Of a stretch of DNA of 64,000 nucleotides, positions 24,327-37,558 are shown in pieces. This stretch comes from Fimicolochytrium jonesii (lineage: Eukaryota). A program made the translations under genes and the position numbers. The stretch is from contig NW_026515670.1 in the NCBI RefSeq assembly GCF_025526975.1, forward strand, positions 930,001 through 994,000, in the 5' to 3' direction. The notes below the pieces were generated by a model. The model was not told where the DNA came from. It was given only the letters and a program-made list of their open reading frames with translations, and searched no databases. Position 1 is the stretch's first letter. The number at the start of each line of letters is the position of its first letter.

Positions 24327-26772
24327 CTATCGTTTCCTAGCCTTCATTGACCGTCGCTTCGAGGCGGATGTCTGCCGGGCGGAACCGGACTTGATTGCAG
24401 CTTTTCCCGAGGTTCGCGATGACGATGCCACCGAGTCCAAAGTCGCCCTCTGCTCCGCAGATTGGGACGCTATGAGCTCGCTCCTGACTTGATCCTCGTA
24501 TCCCGTGCCGCGGAGTGCTCGTGGAAGTCTCACCTGTAAACCTTTGGGGCTTGAAGAAGCGATAGTGCGCAGAGGGTCGTCGTCGTTTTCGCCCTCGTCT
24601 GATGTGAAGTAGTGTGAGGAATCCCCGGGGGAGCGCGGTGGTGCCAAACCTTTTGTCAATGGTGATGAAGGGGTGATGGGTGTAGCGGGCATGCTTAACC
24701 GGACGCGTGTGAGCGGAGAGCCCTGCTGCGTACCCTCGAGGAGAGCACCAGAAGAGTTTCTGCGCTTTTGTACGGTTGGTGTTTTGATCGGGGTTGGCAG
24801 GACTGGATCCTCTCCAAGCTTCCTGCGCTTGACCCTTGGTTGCAAGGGTCCGGGTTGTCGAGCCCGGGAGGCTTTCCGTAAGCTGCCGTACTCAGAGTGT
24901 GATGAGTAACCGGAAGAGTCTGAGCTCTGATACTCTTCGTCACTGTCGTCGGCACTGTCATGTTGATCGTAGGCTTCATCCCTCTTTGACTGAAATACCA
25001 TCTCGAATAACTGCTGGTCCAGTGCGTCCGTATCCACCTTGAATTCACCTAGCATTTTTCGAAGATCATTCATCGTGTTTTGGCACATCTTCAATGCAGA
25101 TGATGCCGATATGCTTTCATTCATCTTGGAGACGGTGTCTTCGAGAGCGAACCAGTTTTTCGGAAGGATTCGTCGAATCTCCTGAGGAAGATCTTCAAGT
25201 GGTCCTGTCACATCCACTGGGTCAACTTCGGACGAGCCAGGCACGACAATGGTGGCTTTCGAGCTCGTTCCTATAGTTGGAGGAGGTAACGCGCTCAAGT
25301 AGGGCAACTTGTGAATGTCGTCGTCAGTGGTACTTTCTGCCATGCTCATGGAGTCCGGCGAGCATAACGAGAGTTCACTATGGTCATCTTGCCATCGTGT
25401 CTCGGAGCGCGGCCTGCCTTGCACGAGCCGAGAACTATGTAATTCGACTTGGCTTGCACCAATGGAAGTCGGGTTTGGTGCCCAGTGCACAGTTTTCGCA
25501 CCGCAACTTTGCTCCACGTTCACGTTTCCGCAAGCAGCTTCGGAGGATGTCGGCTCTCCAAAAGAAGTTGACGTATCCAAGATTGGAGTGGCGAATTCGT
25601 GGGGTTCCGCGGATCCCTCGGCATCGACATCAATGGGGAAGCACGGGTCCGGTGATCGTTGCAGGAAGGAATCTTGATCTGATACATTCCCAGAACCTGG
25701 TCTGTGCTCCTCCGTGGAAAACACTGTTGCATTGCTCTGTTGCCATGAACAATGAGATTGAGGTTTCCCTGATCGAGCTTCTGTATCCACCTACCCCTAA
25801 CGAGTCTATCGCGCCGTAAGCATCAATGTCTCTAGAGATGTGTCCAACATCAACCTGCTCCGGAAGCATCGAACTAGGAAACAGTTTGTCGTACTTGTTG
25901 TAGAAGTCGGATGGTCGGAGAATATTGTCAAACCCATTTTGATCGGAGATCTTTGGAGAGCCCGTTTCCATCGGAAGGTAGACGTCCTCCCCTTGATATG
26001 TGTCGAACATGTCTGGCGCCTCCGCCAGTAAATACTCATCGATATCGCCTCCCAACGACGAAAGCGACACCACCGAAGATGGGACATCTGCATCCGATGC
26101 AGAGCATCCATCTTCATCGTGTTCAATGCCAGATGCAGACAAGTCGAACTGCTCCAGGTCGACGCGTGAAAGATTGTCTGGATCGATTATCGTCCCGCCT
26201 TGAAGACTTTGGGCCTGCATGCCCATGACCTGTCCTCCAAAACGCAGCAGGTGTTGAGGTGATGGGGTTCGGCAGCTGCCGATAAAAGGATCGCTCCCTG
26301 AGAAACGCCGATATGCACCACGGGGCTCCATAAGATACTTTGCGCTTTGCGTTTGGGGAGTGTCGAGTGTGCTTCGCGAAGGTTGGGCTTTCGACGGCAC
26401 CAGATAATATGACTGCTGGGCCGTCCTGAACTGGCTTCTTTGGGGTATGGCCTGCATGGTCATTGTCTCCATGGGTGTTGGGCGGTATGGCACTCGCCCG
26501 TGGTGCATTGGCGCTCGCGTAGCCGGAGGAATGGGAATCTGCAGAGCTGGTAACGCGTGGGATGCCGAAGCAAGTTGGAGGAACGGGGCGTGGGCCTGCG
26601 CACCCAGAGCCGCTGTGTGGTGGAAGTATCCCTGCGCCGAGCGATACTGTGGAAGGGTGCTTGGGCCTGGACCTGGCAACGGTGTCCTTGCGGCATTGTC
26701 GTCGAGCCACGAGGGTAGAAGTCCACCATCTTCGGGAGGATGGGTCAGTTGCTGCGAGAAATGCGAGAACAT
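24327..26772 (-). CDS. Hypothetical, largely disordered protein (about 800 aa), probably 2 exons
   Basis: Long ORFs 25630-26796 and 24327-25790 can be joined by a phase-0 intron at about 25791-25854; basic NLS-like PRVKRRKL; many SP/TP sites. Confidence 0.6.
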
Positions 26773-28389
26773 AACGTCGGGCTCAGCCGGGAACAACGGA
26801 GTCGCTTGGAGGCGGCCGCTCCTCGAGTGTTAACGACGTTTGCTTCCTGTTATGGTCGGGTTGTTGTGCGTAGGAGAGGTTTTGGGGAGGAACCAGGCTT
26901 ATGTCTCGCTTCGTCACAGCAAACCCCCAAAAGTTCTGGATATCCCAATCCAGATCCACTGTTTTCCAAACAGTCTTCCTTCCCCCGGGCCTTCTACGAT
27001 TTATAAAATCTCAGCGTCCTCGATTAGCGATGCAATGTATGCAAACGCTAGGCTCTACCGCTACTGTAGAGGGAGTAACCAATAAATGGCTGCAGCAGGC
27101 CCCCTGGCGGCTGTCCTGTACGGAGAAAAGGCAGGCGATTCACGGCGAGAACACAAAACGCCAGGAGGCGAAAGACCGCAAGGTCCCTTTGAGGAGGATA
27201 TGAGAGGAGTAGCGAAAATAACTCTTCATGGAACGCCGTGATCAGAAGTTACAACACGAAAGACTCGCTCGCTTGTGGAATGCTGAAGCCACACAGAACT
27301 TGAGAAGCAACCGGCGAGTCTTTTCAGAAGTCCTTGTAAGTTGTAACTGTACGCGAACACAACTTCGAATCGGTTATGTAGAATTTCAACAAAAAAGGGA
27401 TCGACGAGAAGTTTGGAGGAGACCTGTCACCGGCGGGCGTAAACAAGTCCTCTTCCAAGTCCCAAGAACCCGGCCGTGGGCCTACTTGGTCACTTTTGCA
27501 CGAGGAGGGTGGAGGCTATATATCATATATATACCCCAGCAACTGCTCCGCAGGTCCGTAGGAGGGAGGCTTCGGAAGGGCGAATTGGATCCCTCCAAGG
27601 AGACCCCCGCCACGCTGGGCCAGCACGCCATCCCCGCAGTGCCCTCACCCCTGCTTTGTTATGCACCTGTCGCCGTAACCTATACGTGTGATGAGTCGAA
27701 GTTCTGGAGCGTATAACCTTTTTTTTTTGCGGAGATGCGGAGTGGACACGTCGCGTGGGTGTGATTGCGGTGTGCGAGATGCACGAGGGAGCGCGCGTGT
27801 CCGAAAAGCCGGGACATAGGGATGGTTTAACAGCTCCGAAGTTCCGTTGCAACTCGCACCCGTTGTCGAGCCTGGCACTTGAGTGATGGTCCAAGATCGT
27901 CCGTTGTCGGCGATATCTTGATGTGTGCGGTGTGTCAGTCTGCCAGAGAGGTTGCATTGCGCATGAATAGGTGTCAGTGTGTGATGGGGCAAGAGTAGAA
28001 GAGCCGCCAACGACTCGCTCCAATGATGTTTGAGAATGAAGACCGGAGGCCCATCCACCGAAGTGCTTTCTCGTATGCCAGTACTGAAGAGAGACGTAGT
28101 TGTCTCATGTTTCTTTTGTTATGGCACAATCACATGGACAGCGGAGTCGCACTTGTAAACCTGTGTACGGGAACGCCGCGATACATAGGTTTGGAGAAAC
28201 GCACAACTCTCTCGAGGGCAACCACACAATCGTGGAGCTCACTTGTTATTGAAAAAGATGAAGAACTTAATTTTTATGAGCTTGGCCGCAAGGATATACC
28301 TCTCCAAATGTAGGAACACAAACATGCCCGCGGACTTTCAAAGGGCGGAAAGAACACAAATGCCTCAGAAATGCACATGGAGGAGACTG

Positions 28390-29527
28390 CTAGTGGGGAG
28401 GTGGGGGTCTACGGTAAGGATGATGGGTAGCTCGATTTCCCCGCCGCTCCGGGCCCGTTCCCGTTCTCCGATCGTTGGGTTCTGGTAAGATACCCACTGC
28501 CGCCGCCGCCGCCACACCCCTGCCATCTATTTGGTCCATGGGCAGGCTTACGGGTGGGGGCGGCAGCGGCGAGTGGGGATTGTGATAGTCGATGTCGGGG
28601 GCATACGCGCTGGGCGGATGCGCAGAACCCATCTGCAGCAGCTGTACATAGTGAGGGTACTGCTGGTGTTGATACTGGTAATGGTGGGGGGGTACTGCCA
28701 ACGGGTGCTGTGGTGCCGCGTAGTGGTGAACTTGGGGCGGCGGATGAACAACAGGATGTGGGACTGGGGCGGTTGGGTGATCTGGTAGCGGGGTGTTGAT
28801 GGCTGAGAGGTCGCCGAAATCGTCCGCTCCTGCGCCGTCAAATACGTCGGGCGAATTTGCACCGTCCTCATTCCCGTCCTCATTTTCGTCCTCGTCAGAT
28901 TCGCCCTCGCCTCCCTCAATTTCTTCCTCTGCTCCATCTGAGCTCCCTTGCCTCTGCTTCCGAGCATCGCCGTTTGGGCCGTGCGAGGGGCCGTCGGCCG
29001 GCACCCCTGCGCCGTCTGTAGCCGCAGCTTCTCGGTTTGCGGCCAAGCCGCCCGCCCTCTGTGAATGCAGAGTAGAAAAGTGAGAAGCTATCAGTACAGG
29101 TACAGAATGCTTTCAAGTTGGCAACGACAACAGAACCAAGGTGCACTCCCAAACGATCTGATCAGCTCCAACTTACCCTAATGATATCTTCGGAAGTTTT
29201 CATCTCATGAGCCTCGGTCTCTGTGTATCGCAGCAAAATTTTATCCATATCCGTTGACGCAAACTGAAACAGCTTTCCGTTCTGGGTGAACATGATCAAC
29301 CCGATCTCGCATCCGCACAAAACTGACAACTCATGGGCTTTCTTCATCAGGCCAAATTTGCGCTTGGAGAAAGTGACCTGCGATTTTCAGACGTGGCAAT
29401 GGATGAGGATCTTGAAATATCATACTCCCGCACACTCTATCTGAGAAACCTTTCAAAGCATTGGGAAACCCACCTGACGGTTCCTTTCGTCCGTGATCCT
29501 CTTAATGGCAATCTTCTTTCGACCCAT
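28390..29527 (-). CDS. MADS-box transcription factor, MEF2/Rlm1 type, 3 exons
   Basis: [48 protein letters not shown]...[17 protein letters not shown], followed by an acidic and a His/Pro/Gln-rich tail. Confidence 0.95.
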
Positions 29528-30288
29528 TCCTCCTTTTGACGGGGTGGTCTTTGCGAGTTGTTTAGGAATTTCCTTTGATTTGATGGAGCGGCGGAACGCT
29601 CACTCGAAATGTGAAGTAGAGATAAGGTGATTTTGAGGCGTCGGTGCCGCTCGGTGAATCCGATAGAAGGTTTTTGAAATCGTCCGAAGAGCTGAAGCGA
29701 GAAGGATGCTTAGGGATGATGTGACCAGATTGCGTTCGATATGTTCACGAGAAATGCTCTACAGATGATGTGAGTGCTGTGTCGCTGTCGCTCGGTGAGT
29801 ACAAGACATAAACACTGCAGTTGCGGATACGGAAAGCAGTGGATTGTACGAGGGGCGCTGCGAGTTGGTCTCAGAGAATCCGTTCTGGATAGGAGGGGAA
29901 GTCAAAGGTTGTTTACTACGAGTCTATCCAGGCTATGGTGCGAAGAAAGAACGCTGAGCTGAGCGGGATTAGTGATTACCAAATGCGTGACGCTGCCTGT
30001 TATGGCGCATGTGATCGGAGTACCAATTTATTTGAGTGTTTTTCCAATCGACATCAAAAGCGGAAGGGAAGGTACGCTACAGATGCTTCTAGTTATTTAC
30101 AGCGTATACGTGGGAGAATGCTATGAGGAAAGGATAGGCAAAAAGAAATACATGTACACTGTCGCTTGACGACAGCAGAATCCAGAACAATCAACCAGCA
30201 CAAGCAATCTAGAACCAAAAAAGCCATTTACAAAGTGAGTCTACAAGCCCAGAGCTTCACTGATCCCAAGCGTTGATTTCGGCGATTT

Positions 30289-31434
30289 CTACACGTTCGC
30301 TGCCGGCGCAATAGCCGGTGTTACTTCGTCTTCAACCGACGACCGCCGAGAAGGCAATGACGATGACGAAGCACGCGGTAAATTCTGAGCAACAAGCTGC
30401 GGCAAAATGTCGTCCTGGGATGGCTTTGTGCGAAGTGAGGACGGGGCAGGGGAAGGCGCTCGGGAGGGCGCAGCTGAGATGGCCGAGCTATCGAAATGTA
30501 CACTTGGGACATATGGCGGCGCCGGTATGGAGTCGTCGTAAACCGCAACCGGCGTTGAAGTTGAAGATCGAGGAAGCGTAGGCGGTAACTCGTCCACCCG
30601 GATCTCCTCCATCCCCACACTCGGTTGCGCTGCTTCTTCACCTCTAGCAAGCGACAGTCTTCCGCCCAACCACGTCCTCACGCTTGTCGCCACGGATCTC
30701 ACGCTCCCGTTTCTCTGTACGCCTGCCGCAGGATAAGCCGGTAATGGTTCGTCAGCCAGGTTATAGTCTGGTGGGGCCGATAGTCCCGCACCGTTCATAA
30801 TGATGTCGTTCAGCTCCTCCTCCGATAGAGTTTGCAATATCCCCAATGCTGACATTTTCTTCAATCGAAGGGCTTTCACCATGTACGCTGAGCACGTTAC
30901 AAGTAGCAAAAGCACCCAGACACCAACGGCTGTCCACGTGTAGATGCCGGAATCGGGGGCAGTACCATTCTGCCTCGCAGTGTTGTTCTGGGAAATCGCA
31001 TAGTATAGTATGAGGACAAACGACGGCACCCACGTCAGCACGGGCAGGGCGTAAGTCCTTCGCAGTTTGTTGCGGTAGACCACATACAGCTTTCGATTCA
31101 ATTCTTCTTCCGCCTGCGGGTTGCTTTGTCTGTTCAAGTATCGCAAAACCTGCTGTCTCTGACTCAACGACAGGTCCGACAAACTGTAGCGGCGGGTCCG
31201 TGCGTTAGCGGCATTCTCAGCTTCCGTTGCGGTGAACACCTCGTGCATGTAGGCTGGAGATGCCGTTGTGGGCTGCCGGAGAGGTTGGGCGGGAAGTGCC
31301 CCCGTCGGGAATGCGACCGGAGGTAGATAGACGGGTGGTGGGACGGCCAGAGGCGCACGAGCGTTTGCGCATGATGAAGGTGGATATGAGCCGCTTCCAG
31401 GAGAAGAGACCTCGCTGGTGGTTCCTTCCGTCAT
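30289..31434 (-). CDS. Two-pass membrane protein with PY motifs
   Basis: Hydrophobic segments YALPVLTWVPSFVLILYYAI and WTAVGVWVLLLLVTCSAYMV; PPVY, PPDY, LPAY and APPY motifs; intronless ORF from ATG 31434. Confidence 0.7.
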   Translation of the reverse strand: MTEGTTSEVSSPGSGSYPPSSCANARAPLAVPPPVYLPPVAFPTGALPAQPLRQPTTASPAYMHEVFTATEAENAANARTRRYSLSDLSLSQRQQVLRYLNRQSNPQAEEELNRKLYVVYRNKLRRTYALPVLTWVPSFVLILYYAISQNNTARQNGTAPDSGIYTWTAVGVWVLLLLVTCSAYMVKALRLKKMSALGILQTLSEEELNDIIMNGAGLSAPPDYNLADEPLPAYPAAGVQRNGSVRSVATSVRTWLGGRLSLARGEEAAQPSVGMEEIRVDELPPTLPRSSTSTPVAVYDDSIPAPPYVPSVHFDSSAISAAPSRAPSPAPSSLRTKPSQDDILPQLVAQNLPRASSSSLPSRRSSVEDEVTPAIAPAANV

Positions 31435-31920
31435 GGCTGGTTTCGAGCACAGCGTTGCGTATTGTTGGCCAGGGAAATTGGGGACGCAGTGAAGAGAGGC
31501 CAAGCCGTGAACCTCGGACCAATGTGGTGCGTGCGCTAGGCCGTCTTTAGTTCAAAGGCTCACGAACAGTCGTGCGGTCGCTGAGACCGGTTGCTCAGGC
31601 GCCTGCGATAGTTATCGAGAAAACAGTGCTGCTGAACAGAAGAGCGGCATGCCGGATGCAAAGCACAGCAAGTCGCAGAATAGCGCAGAATATTGGGAAA
31701 AAAGTCGACGGTGGTTGTTTGGGCGTCGCGGGGCGTTTCGGTCGCGCTCTGGGTCGCGCTGGGACTGACGCTCCAACGTGGTTTGAGGACAACGACCGAT
31801 TGCTTTGGACTTCTGGGCATACGGGAACCTACCAGACGCACGACAAATATTCCCACGCCACATCTTGACGATTGCATCGTCTTCTGCTTGTGCCCCTCCC
31901 GCTTGCCTAGCTCACTACAT

Positions 31921-32783
31921 ATGTCCGACTCCCAGTCTGCGCTTTTGTTGAAAAGGCAATTGAAAGGTATGCCTTGTTCGTCTTGGAATTGGAATTGGCT
32001 TGGGCGAGCACTCAGTACAGTTCTGTCCCCAGAATTGTCAAAGAACCCGGTCGAGGGCTTCTCTGCAGGTTTAGCAGACGACAATATCTATGAATGGGAT
32101 GTTATGATCGGTGAGCAGCCAACTCTGTACTTTTACCGCTATGGCACAGTCCACACTAACGTGCCTGTATTCGGAAATTGCGACAGTTGGGCCAGAAGGG
32201 ACCGAGTAGTAAGTTCTCCCAGAGCGCTGTTACACTGAGCGAAAACTGGGTAGCTGACGTAGGCTCTCTTTAGTGAGGGGGGTTTCTTCAAGGCCCGGCT
32301 GTCGTTTCCCCATAACTACCCGCAAATGCCGCCAACAATGAAGTTTATATCACAAATGTGGCACCCAAATGTATACGAAGATGGCCGGGTCTGCATATCC
32401 ATACTGCATGAGCCAGGTTCGTCCGTCGGGGGGGATAGCTGCATCCGTTGGTCAGATTCGGCACATTTGCAGGCTCCGCTACTCACGTTTTACGCGACAG
32501 GGGATGATAAGTGGGGTTACGAGACCGCGGCAGAAAGGTGGCTACCCGTCCACACGGTGGAGACGATCGTGCTATCAGTGATCAGCATGCTTTCCGGTCC
32601 CAACGATGAATCTCCGGCAAATGCCGAAGCAGCGGTAAGAGACTCGTATTGTCATATCATATGCATGAGCGAGTGACTTTACTCAAAGTAAAACGGCCGT
32701 TCATGCAGAAAGAGTGGCGAGAAGATCCAGCAGCGTTCAAGAAGCGCGTCCGGCGGGTGGTCCGAAGAAGTTTGGATGAGTGA
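31921..32783 (+). CDS. Ubiquitin-conjugating enzyme E2, UBE2G1/Ubc7 family, about 6 exons
   Basis: [65 protein letters not shown] (active-site Cys plus acidic loop), [14 protein letters not shown]...SLDE*. Confidence 0.95.
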
Positions 32784-33147
32784 ATGCGGTGCATGCAAGA
32801 GATCGTTTTCACATTGCATATATGACCATACGTCGACCCGGCCAGTACCACTTCTATGATAAACTGTCACCCCTCAACCAGCACCCGATGTAGATATTCA
32901 ACCTATGTAGTCCCTGCGTGTCTTTTATGCAATAGCCATCACCAGCCGTTCTTTGTCAGAGCTACCTATTCTAGCCTGCGTGCATCTGTTTGTCGGAGTT
33001 ACCCGGAGTCAATATACTTATTCTGCTCAGAGAAAGTCCCGTGGAGAGGCGCACAGAACTCTAGAGTCCTACATCATCCTAGGGTGCCATTCTCTCGCTT
33101 TACCACCTCCGCTCCCGCCACTTCCAGTCAAACAGAATGGAATGCCT

Positions 33148-35142
33148 TCACGTTCCACTTGTTGAAGAAGGTCTAGTTTGGCTTTTGCCGCGCACAATTT
33201 GCGCTGTTCCTGTGGCTATCAGAAATCTCTCATGTTCCGGTGGCGTAAGCACCCACCCCATGAACTTGTGTCTCAAAAGTATATCGCGGCACCGCCGGTA
33301 GTCCGTACTGGCGGCTTTACATTCGCCGTAGGTCGCTGAGCACATGTCGATCTCCCTGATTGAATCCGAGCGAGAGTTCAGCAGCTCATCCACGGCATTT
33401 ACGAGATGCTCTCCAACCTTCATACCTCAGCGTTTCCGGAAGTGCTTTGACAGATACGGCAGCCACGGCCCTGTGGAATAGCTCAAAGAGTCTGATTTTG
33501 CATACTGAAGAACTGTTCATCCGCCAAGTCATACGTTAAGTCCGTGAGCAACGTCTTGATACATTTAGGGGCATTGTCTTACCGTGCCTTCTCATGCCAA
33601 ACGCCCTTCTTGGCTGCGAATCCCTGTTTCCGGCCCTGAGTGATCACTTCAACATCGATTGGATAGTTCGCATCCCATAGGATTGCTGAGAGTCAGTGGG
33701 GAGGTGTGCTTCAGTGCAGGGGTCTAATGTTCCGATAGTGGACAATGTTGACTCACATGCATCCCCGGAAACTGGTTTAGCGTCCGGATGCGCTTGTAAA
33801 ATCGATGCCTTTGACCAATTGTATGGGATAGGTGACGCCTGCAGTTCAAGCTGTGTGGTGCGATATCCGGGAGAGAGATCTAGGGAAGATACCAAATAAA
33901 TCAGACGAACGAAGTTGGCATGACATTGCCGACGTTCAACGAACCTTTCAGTCCTTCTATCCGATCACAAAGCGCTCGTTGGAGTGCGACGTGGTCATAC
34001 AAGTCTCCAACAGTGATGCCTTTCAGGTAGAGGGGCTCGATGAAGTGGGACAGGAGCGCCCCGCAAAGACCAAGAACGTTCCATTTGGCGATTTTGTCAC
34101 TGGCAACATGGTCGATATCAGTATGCGAGCCAGACGGATGGAAGATAGGGGCTGTAATGACCGATGCATACCTGCATGACATCGACAACGTCATTTCGGC
34201 GTCCGCACGCGCAGGTTTGGTCCGCAGCACTCCCAAAGCGGCATAGTCATTGCGTCCTCGTCGCAGGCCCGGTTGTATCAGATCTCCGAGCACAACATTT
34301 GGCCGAGCATCCTGTCCCGTGGATATCGTGCCGTCCGCGCGGTCTACATCAACCATGTTGGATTCTTCCCACTTTCGCTTCTTGCTCTCATTCTCCGCCC
34401 GCGCGTCCTCCGGTTGGCTCCTCTCGAGGGCGCCCATTGATGCATCCCCACCTACAAGTGCGTACATCAAACATCGGGACGTTGGTCGTCATCGGTGGAT
34501 GTCCTTCCCCAGAACCGACATAAGTTATATACATGCCGACTGGGAGATGTAGAGATGGAAGGTCACGCTCTCCCTGCATTTGAAACGGCCCGTTTCCTTT
34601 CTGGGTTCCAGGACTTTCGACTTTCCCGCGCGTGCAAGTTCGAGCTCGCTATACAGGTATCTGTTGATAGGGTCTGTCAGGGCCCAAGTGGAATGGAGTC
34701 CCAAAAGATGGTCTGACGCACTTTATGAAAGCCCTGCGGCACAGAACCTCGGCGTGGCTGTCATGCAGCGCTCCTCCGTCTGAAGGTAGCTGGCTTTTGC
34801 TGAGGCACTTCAGACCTGTACTGCATGCAAGGTGTCGGTATCAGGAGGCCAGGGTTGCGGGATGACCGATTGTTTCACCTACCTCAACGCTATACATTCA
34901 AGCTCTTCTGTGTCTCCTATTACATTCCACATTGCAGAACGTTTTGAAGAAGTCAGATATCATAGTTTGCAAACACAGGCTGGAAACTCCACAATTCCAG
35001 TACCCTGTGCAACATTCTTGACAATTCCCGCTAATACAGTCCATTCGGGCCGCTTCCCCCCGCGCAGCGCAGGCTTCCCTTTCTTCGGCAGTTTGTCATA
35101 GCGGTCGAGCACGGCGGCTGCTATGGCACTTGCGGCGGGCAT
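33148..35142 (-). CDS. TAD1: tRNA-specific adenosine deaminase 1 (Tad1/ADAT1), spliced
   Basis: LPKKGKP...[15 protein letters not shown]...[14 protein letters not shown] (HAE zinc motif), [20 protein letters not shown]...[15 protein letters not shown]; no dsRBD seen. Confidence 0.88.
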
Positions 35143-35313
35143 GTCAGCTTGTGGGCTCCCAAGGTGGCCATCACGGAAGGTGGGGAAGTCTTTCCGACGC
35201 GCTTCGCACTTGGCGGATTTGAGGCTTTCAAGTTTCGGGGCTTTCCCAGGGCTTTCCAACACAAGGCGGAGAGGCAATTCACAGAAAGTAGACGAACATC
35301 ACCGAGGCACGCA

Positions 35314-36843
35314 ATGACCAGCTACAACGAGGCAGTCCTTACGCAGAAGCTGGCAAAGCTGGTGGACACTCAGGACAGCATCACTGTTCTCTCGCAATGT
35401 AGGTCCGCCCACCGTTCGTCAATTGACGCGTTGATCTTTGGAGTGCAAGCGACTCGGTGGACACCCCGAGCGGTGGTATATTTGCAGCGACACTGATGCT
35501 TTCGTGAACTTTACCAGGGCTGATGTTTCATAGGAAGCATGCCGCGTCAAGCGTTCAGACATGGGCTAGGGAGTTGCATAAAGGTGTGTAATCCTGGGAA
35601 AATGCGGGCTTCATGAAAGCCACAAGGAGATATACAGTATGCTAACGATATCAATTTTCCGATCGATCGATTGATTCAGCTCCACCACATCGTAAACTGA
35701 GTTTCGTTTACCTGGCCAACGATGTGGTCCAGAATAGCCGGCGCAAAGGCGACGAGTTTGTGGTGGAGTTCGCCAAAGTGTTTCCGGAGACGCTGCCTCA
35801 TGCCTACAGGTTCGAGCTATATAGCAGCAACAGTAGCTACCATACGGGATTGGGGAGCTGATCAGAGCCATGTCGATGAATCCCACAACAGACATACGGG
35901 GCAGGACACGAGGCACAAGATAACGCGCATATTGACGATTTTGGAGGAGCGACAGATCTTCTCGAAGGATTTTGTGCGAGATGTCAAACAGCGCATGGAG
36001 AATCCCGCCGCCTCCTCAAATACAACTGCGCCAACGATACCCCCAGACGCCGTGGCGATAGTGAAGCACCTTAACAGCTTGCATAAACTGGCTGATGCAA
36101 AGCAGAAACTGGCGGAGGCAACATCCGCAGCAGCGAATCCAGCAGCAGAGAACCCGGAGCAAATGGTCGAAACGCTGGACCGGTACCGAGACGCACTCGT
36201 GAGGGACATCAACGAGCGGAAAACCCTGATCGGGGTATTGAACGCCCTTGCCGAGAAGATGGCGTTGTTTTTAAAAGGCGATGAGATATCGCTGGAGCAG
36301 TGTACTCGCCAGATTAAGACAAAAGGAAATATCCCGCAGGCCCCGGCATCTGAGGTCGTTATACCATCCTCACGCGAGGAACCCATGACGGACTTACCCC
36401 ACCCGCCAGACCCCGCGTCCAATGCCGCCTCACATGAAGAGAATGTGGAAGAGTACGACCCGACCAACTACACCATCCCGACACCATTACCAACATTCAC
36501 GGACGCATCAGCCGAGGCAGCGTCAAATCCACCAACACAAAGCCCTATCCCACCATCAGACCTGATCGAGGCCATACTCGGCGATCAGCAACCGCCATCA
36601 GCAGGAGCCATCGGAGACGCGCAAGCTATGTTTGACTTGCTACCACCAGAGCTGATCGAGCAGTTGAGACAGCAAGGACCCGGGCCGATGTTGGGAACTG
36701 CGGCTGCGGAGCAGACTGCGACTGATATACTAAGGACGCTGGAGGCGTTGAGGAGTGGGGTGAGTTGCGGCTGGGGTTGGCCGGTCATGTGGAGTTCGCG
36801 GAGGCTGACCGAGTTTCAATTTTTGTTGAAGGCAATGCAATGA
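35314..36843 (+). CDS. RTT103: Pol II CTD-interacting domain protein, Rtt103/RPRD1 family, spliced
   Basis: MTSYNEAVLTQKLAKLVDTQDSITVLSQ|WLMFHRKHA...|RKLSFVYLANDVVQNSRRKG CID signature, followed by coiled coil and a Pro-rich tail. Confidence 0.85.
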
Positions 36844-37558
36844 ACATAGAGGCTGCCCCGCAGTTGTGTCAAAAAGGCGGACATTGGGGTCGAGGCCCGG
36901 CACCGGTCTGCCCAGGTGGCACTACGGGGTATCGCCGAACAGGACAATGTCGCTAGTGCACCTGTACCTACACAGCCGTCGCAATAGGCGACAAACTGCA
37001 AACCGGGGATACAGTTTTGGAGTTGTTCTAGCCAGTCGTCCTCCCCGATCGACCAATGCCGGTCTCCCACTGATTGACGTCATGTCATATAGCCATTTTG
37101 ACTTCTGGGGCGAGGATCACTAATGTTCTTAATATACATACTCCCGAACGGCGGGTAGATCAAACATGCAGCGCATTAGATCAGATTAACTGGACCCGGT
37201 CGTGCGGGTCTAAACTATCGTGATTTGCTGGGGCGTGTGGATGGATTATTGCCTCTGCGCTAGCTACCTTCGTGGTACATACGCCGCAGAGGCCGGTGCT
37301 ATGGATGTATCAGTTGTGGCTCGAGCAGCGTGGTTCCATGTCACCGTGAAACAGCAATGGTGATATCGCCTTGTTCGATGGGACTAGCGTGGTGCTCCAG
37401 CTGTTTTCCCCGCCTGACCGGGCGTCTCATCGTGAGCGCCAGAAATCAGTGCACCCTTGAACGAGGCGACCGACCAACATGCCCTGGCGCCATGCCATAC
37501 GGACCAGCCTACGTCCATTCTCCGAACTCCAAGCTGTTCTTTTCGCATTCTCACATTC

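Noticed and set aside
26850..28380. Short ORFs between the orphan gene and the MADS-box gene
   Set aside because: No recognisable motifs or consistent splice pattern; more likely promoter and UTR sequence
33148..35142. ADAR-type mRNA editing enzyme
   Set aside because: No dsRNA-binding domains; the protein starts directly with the deaminase domain, as in Tad1/ADAT1
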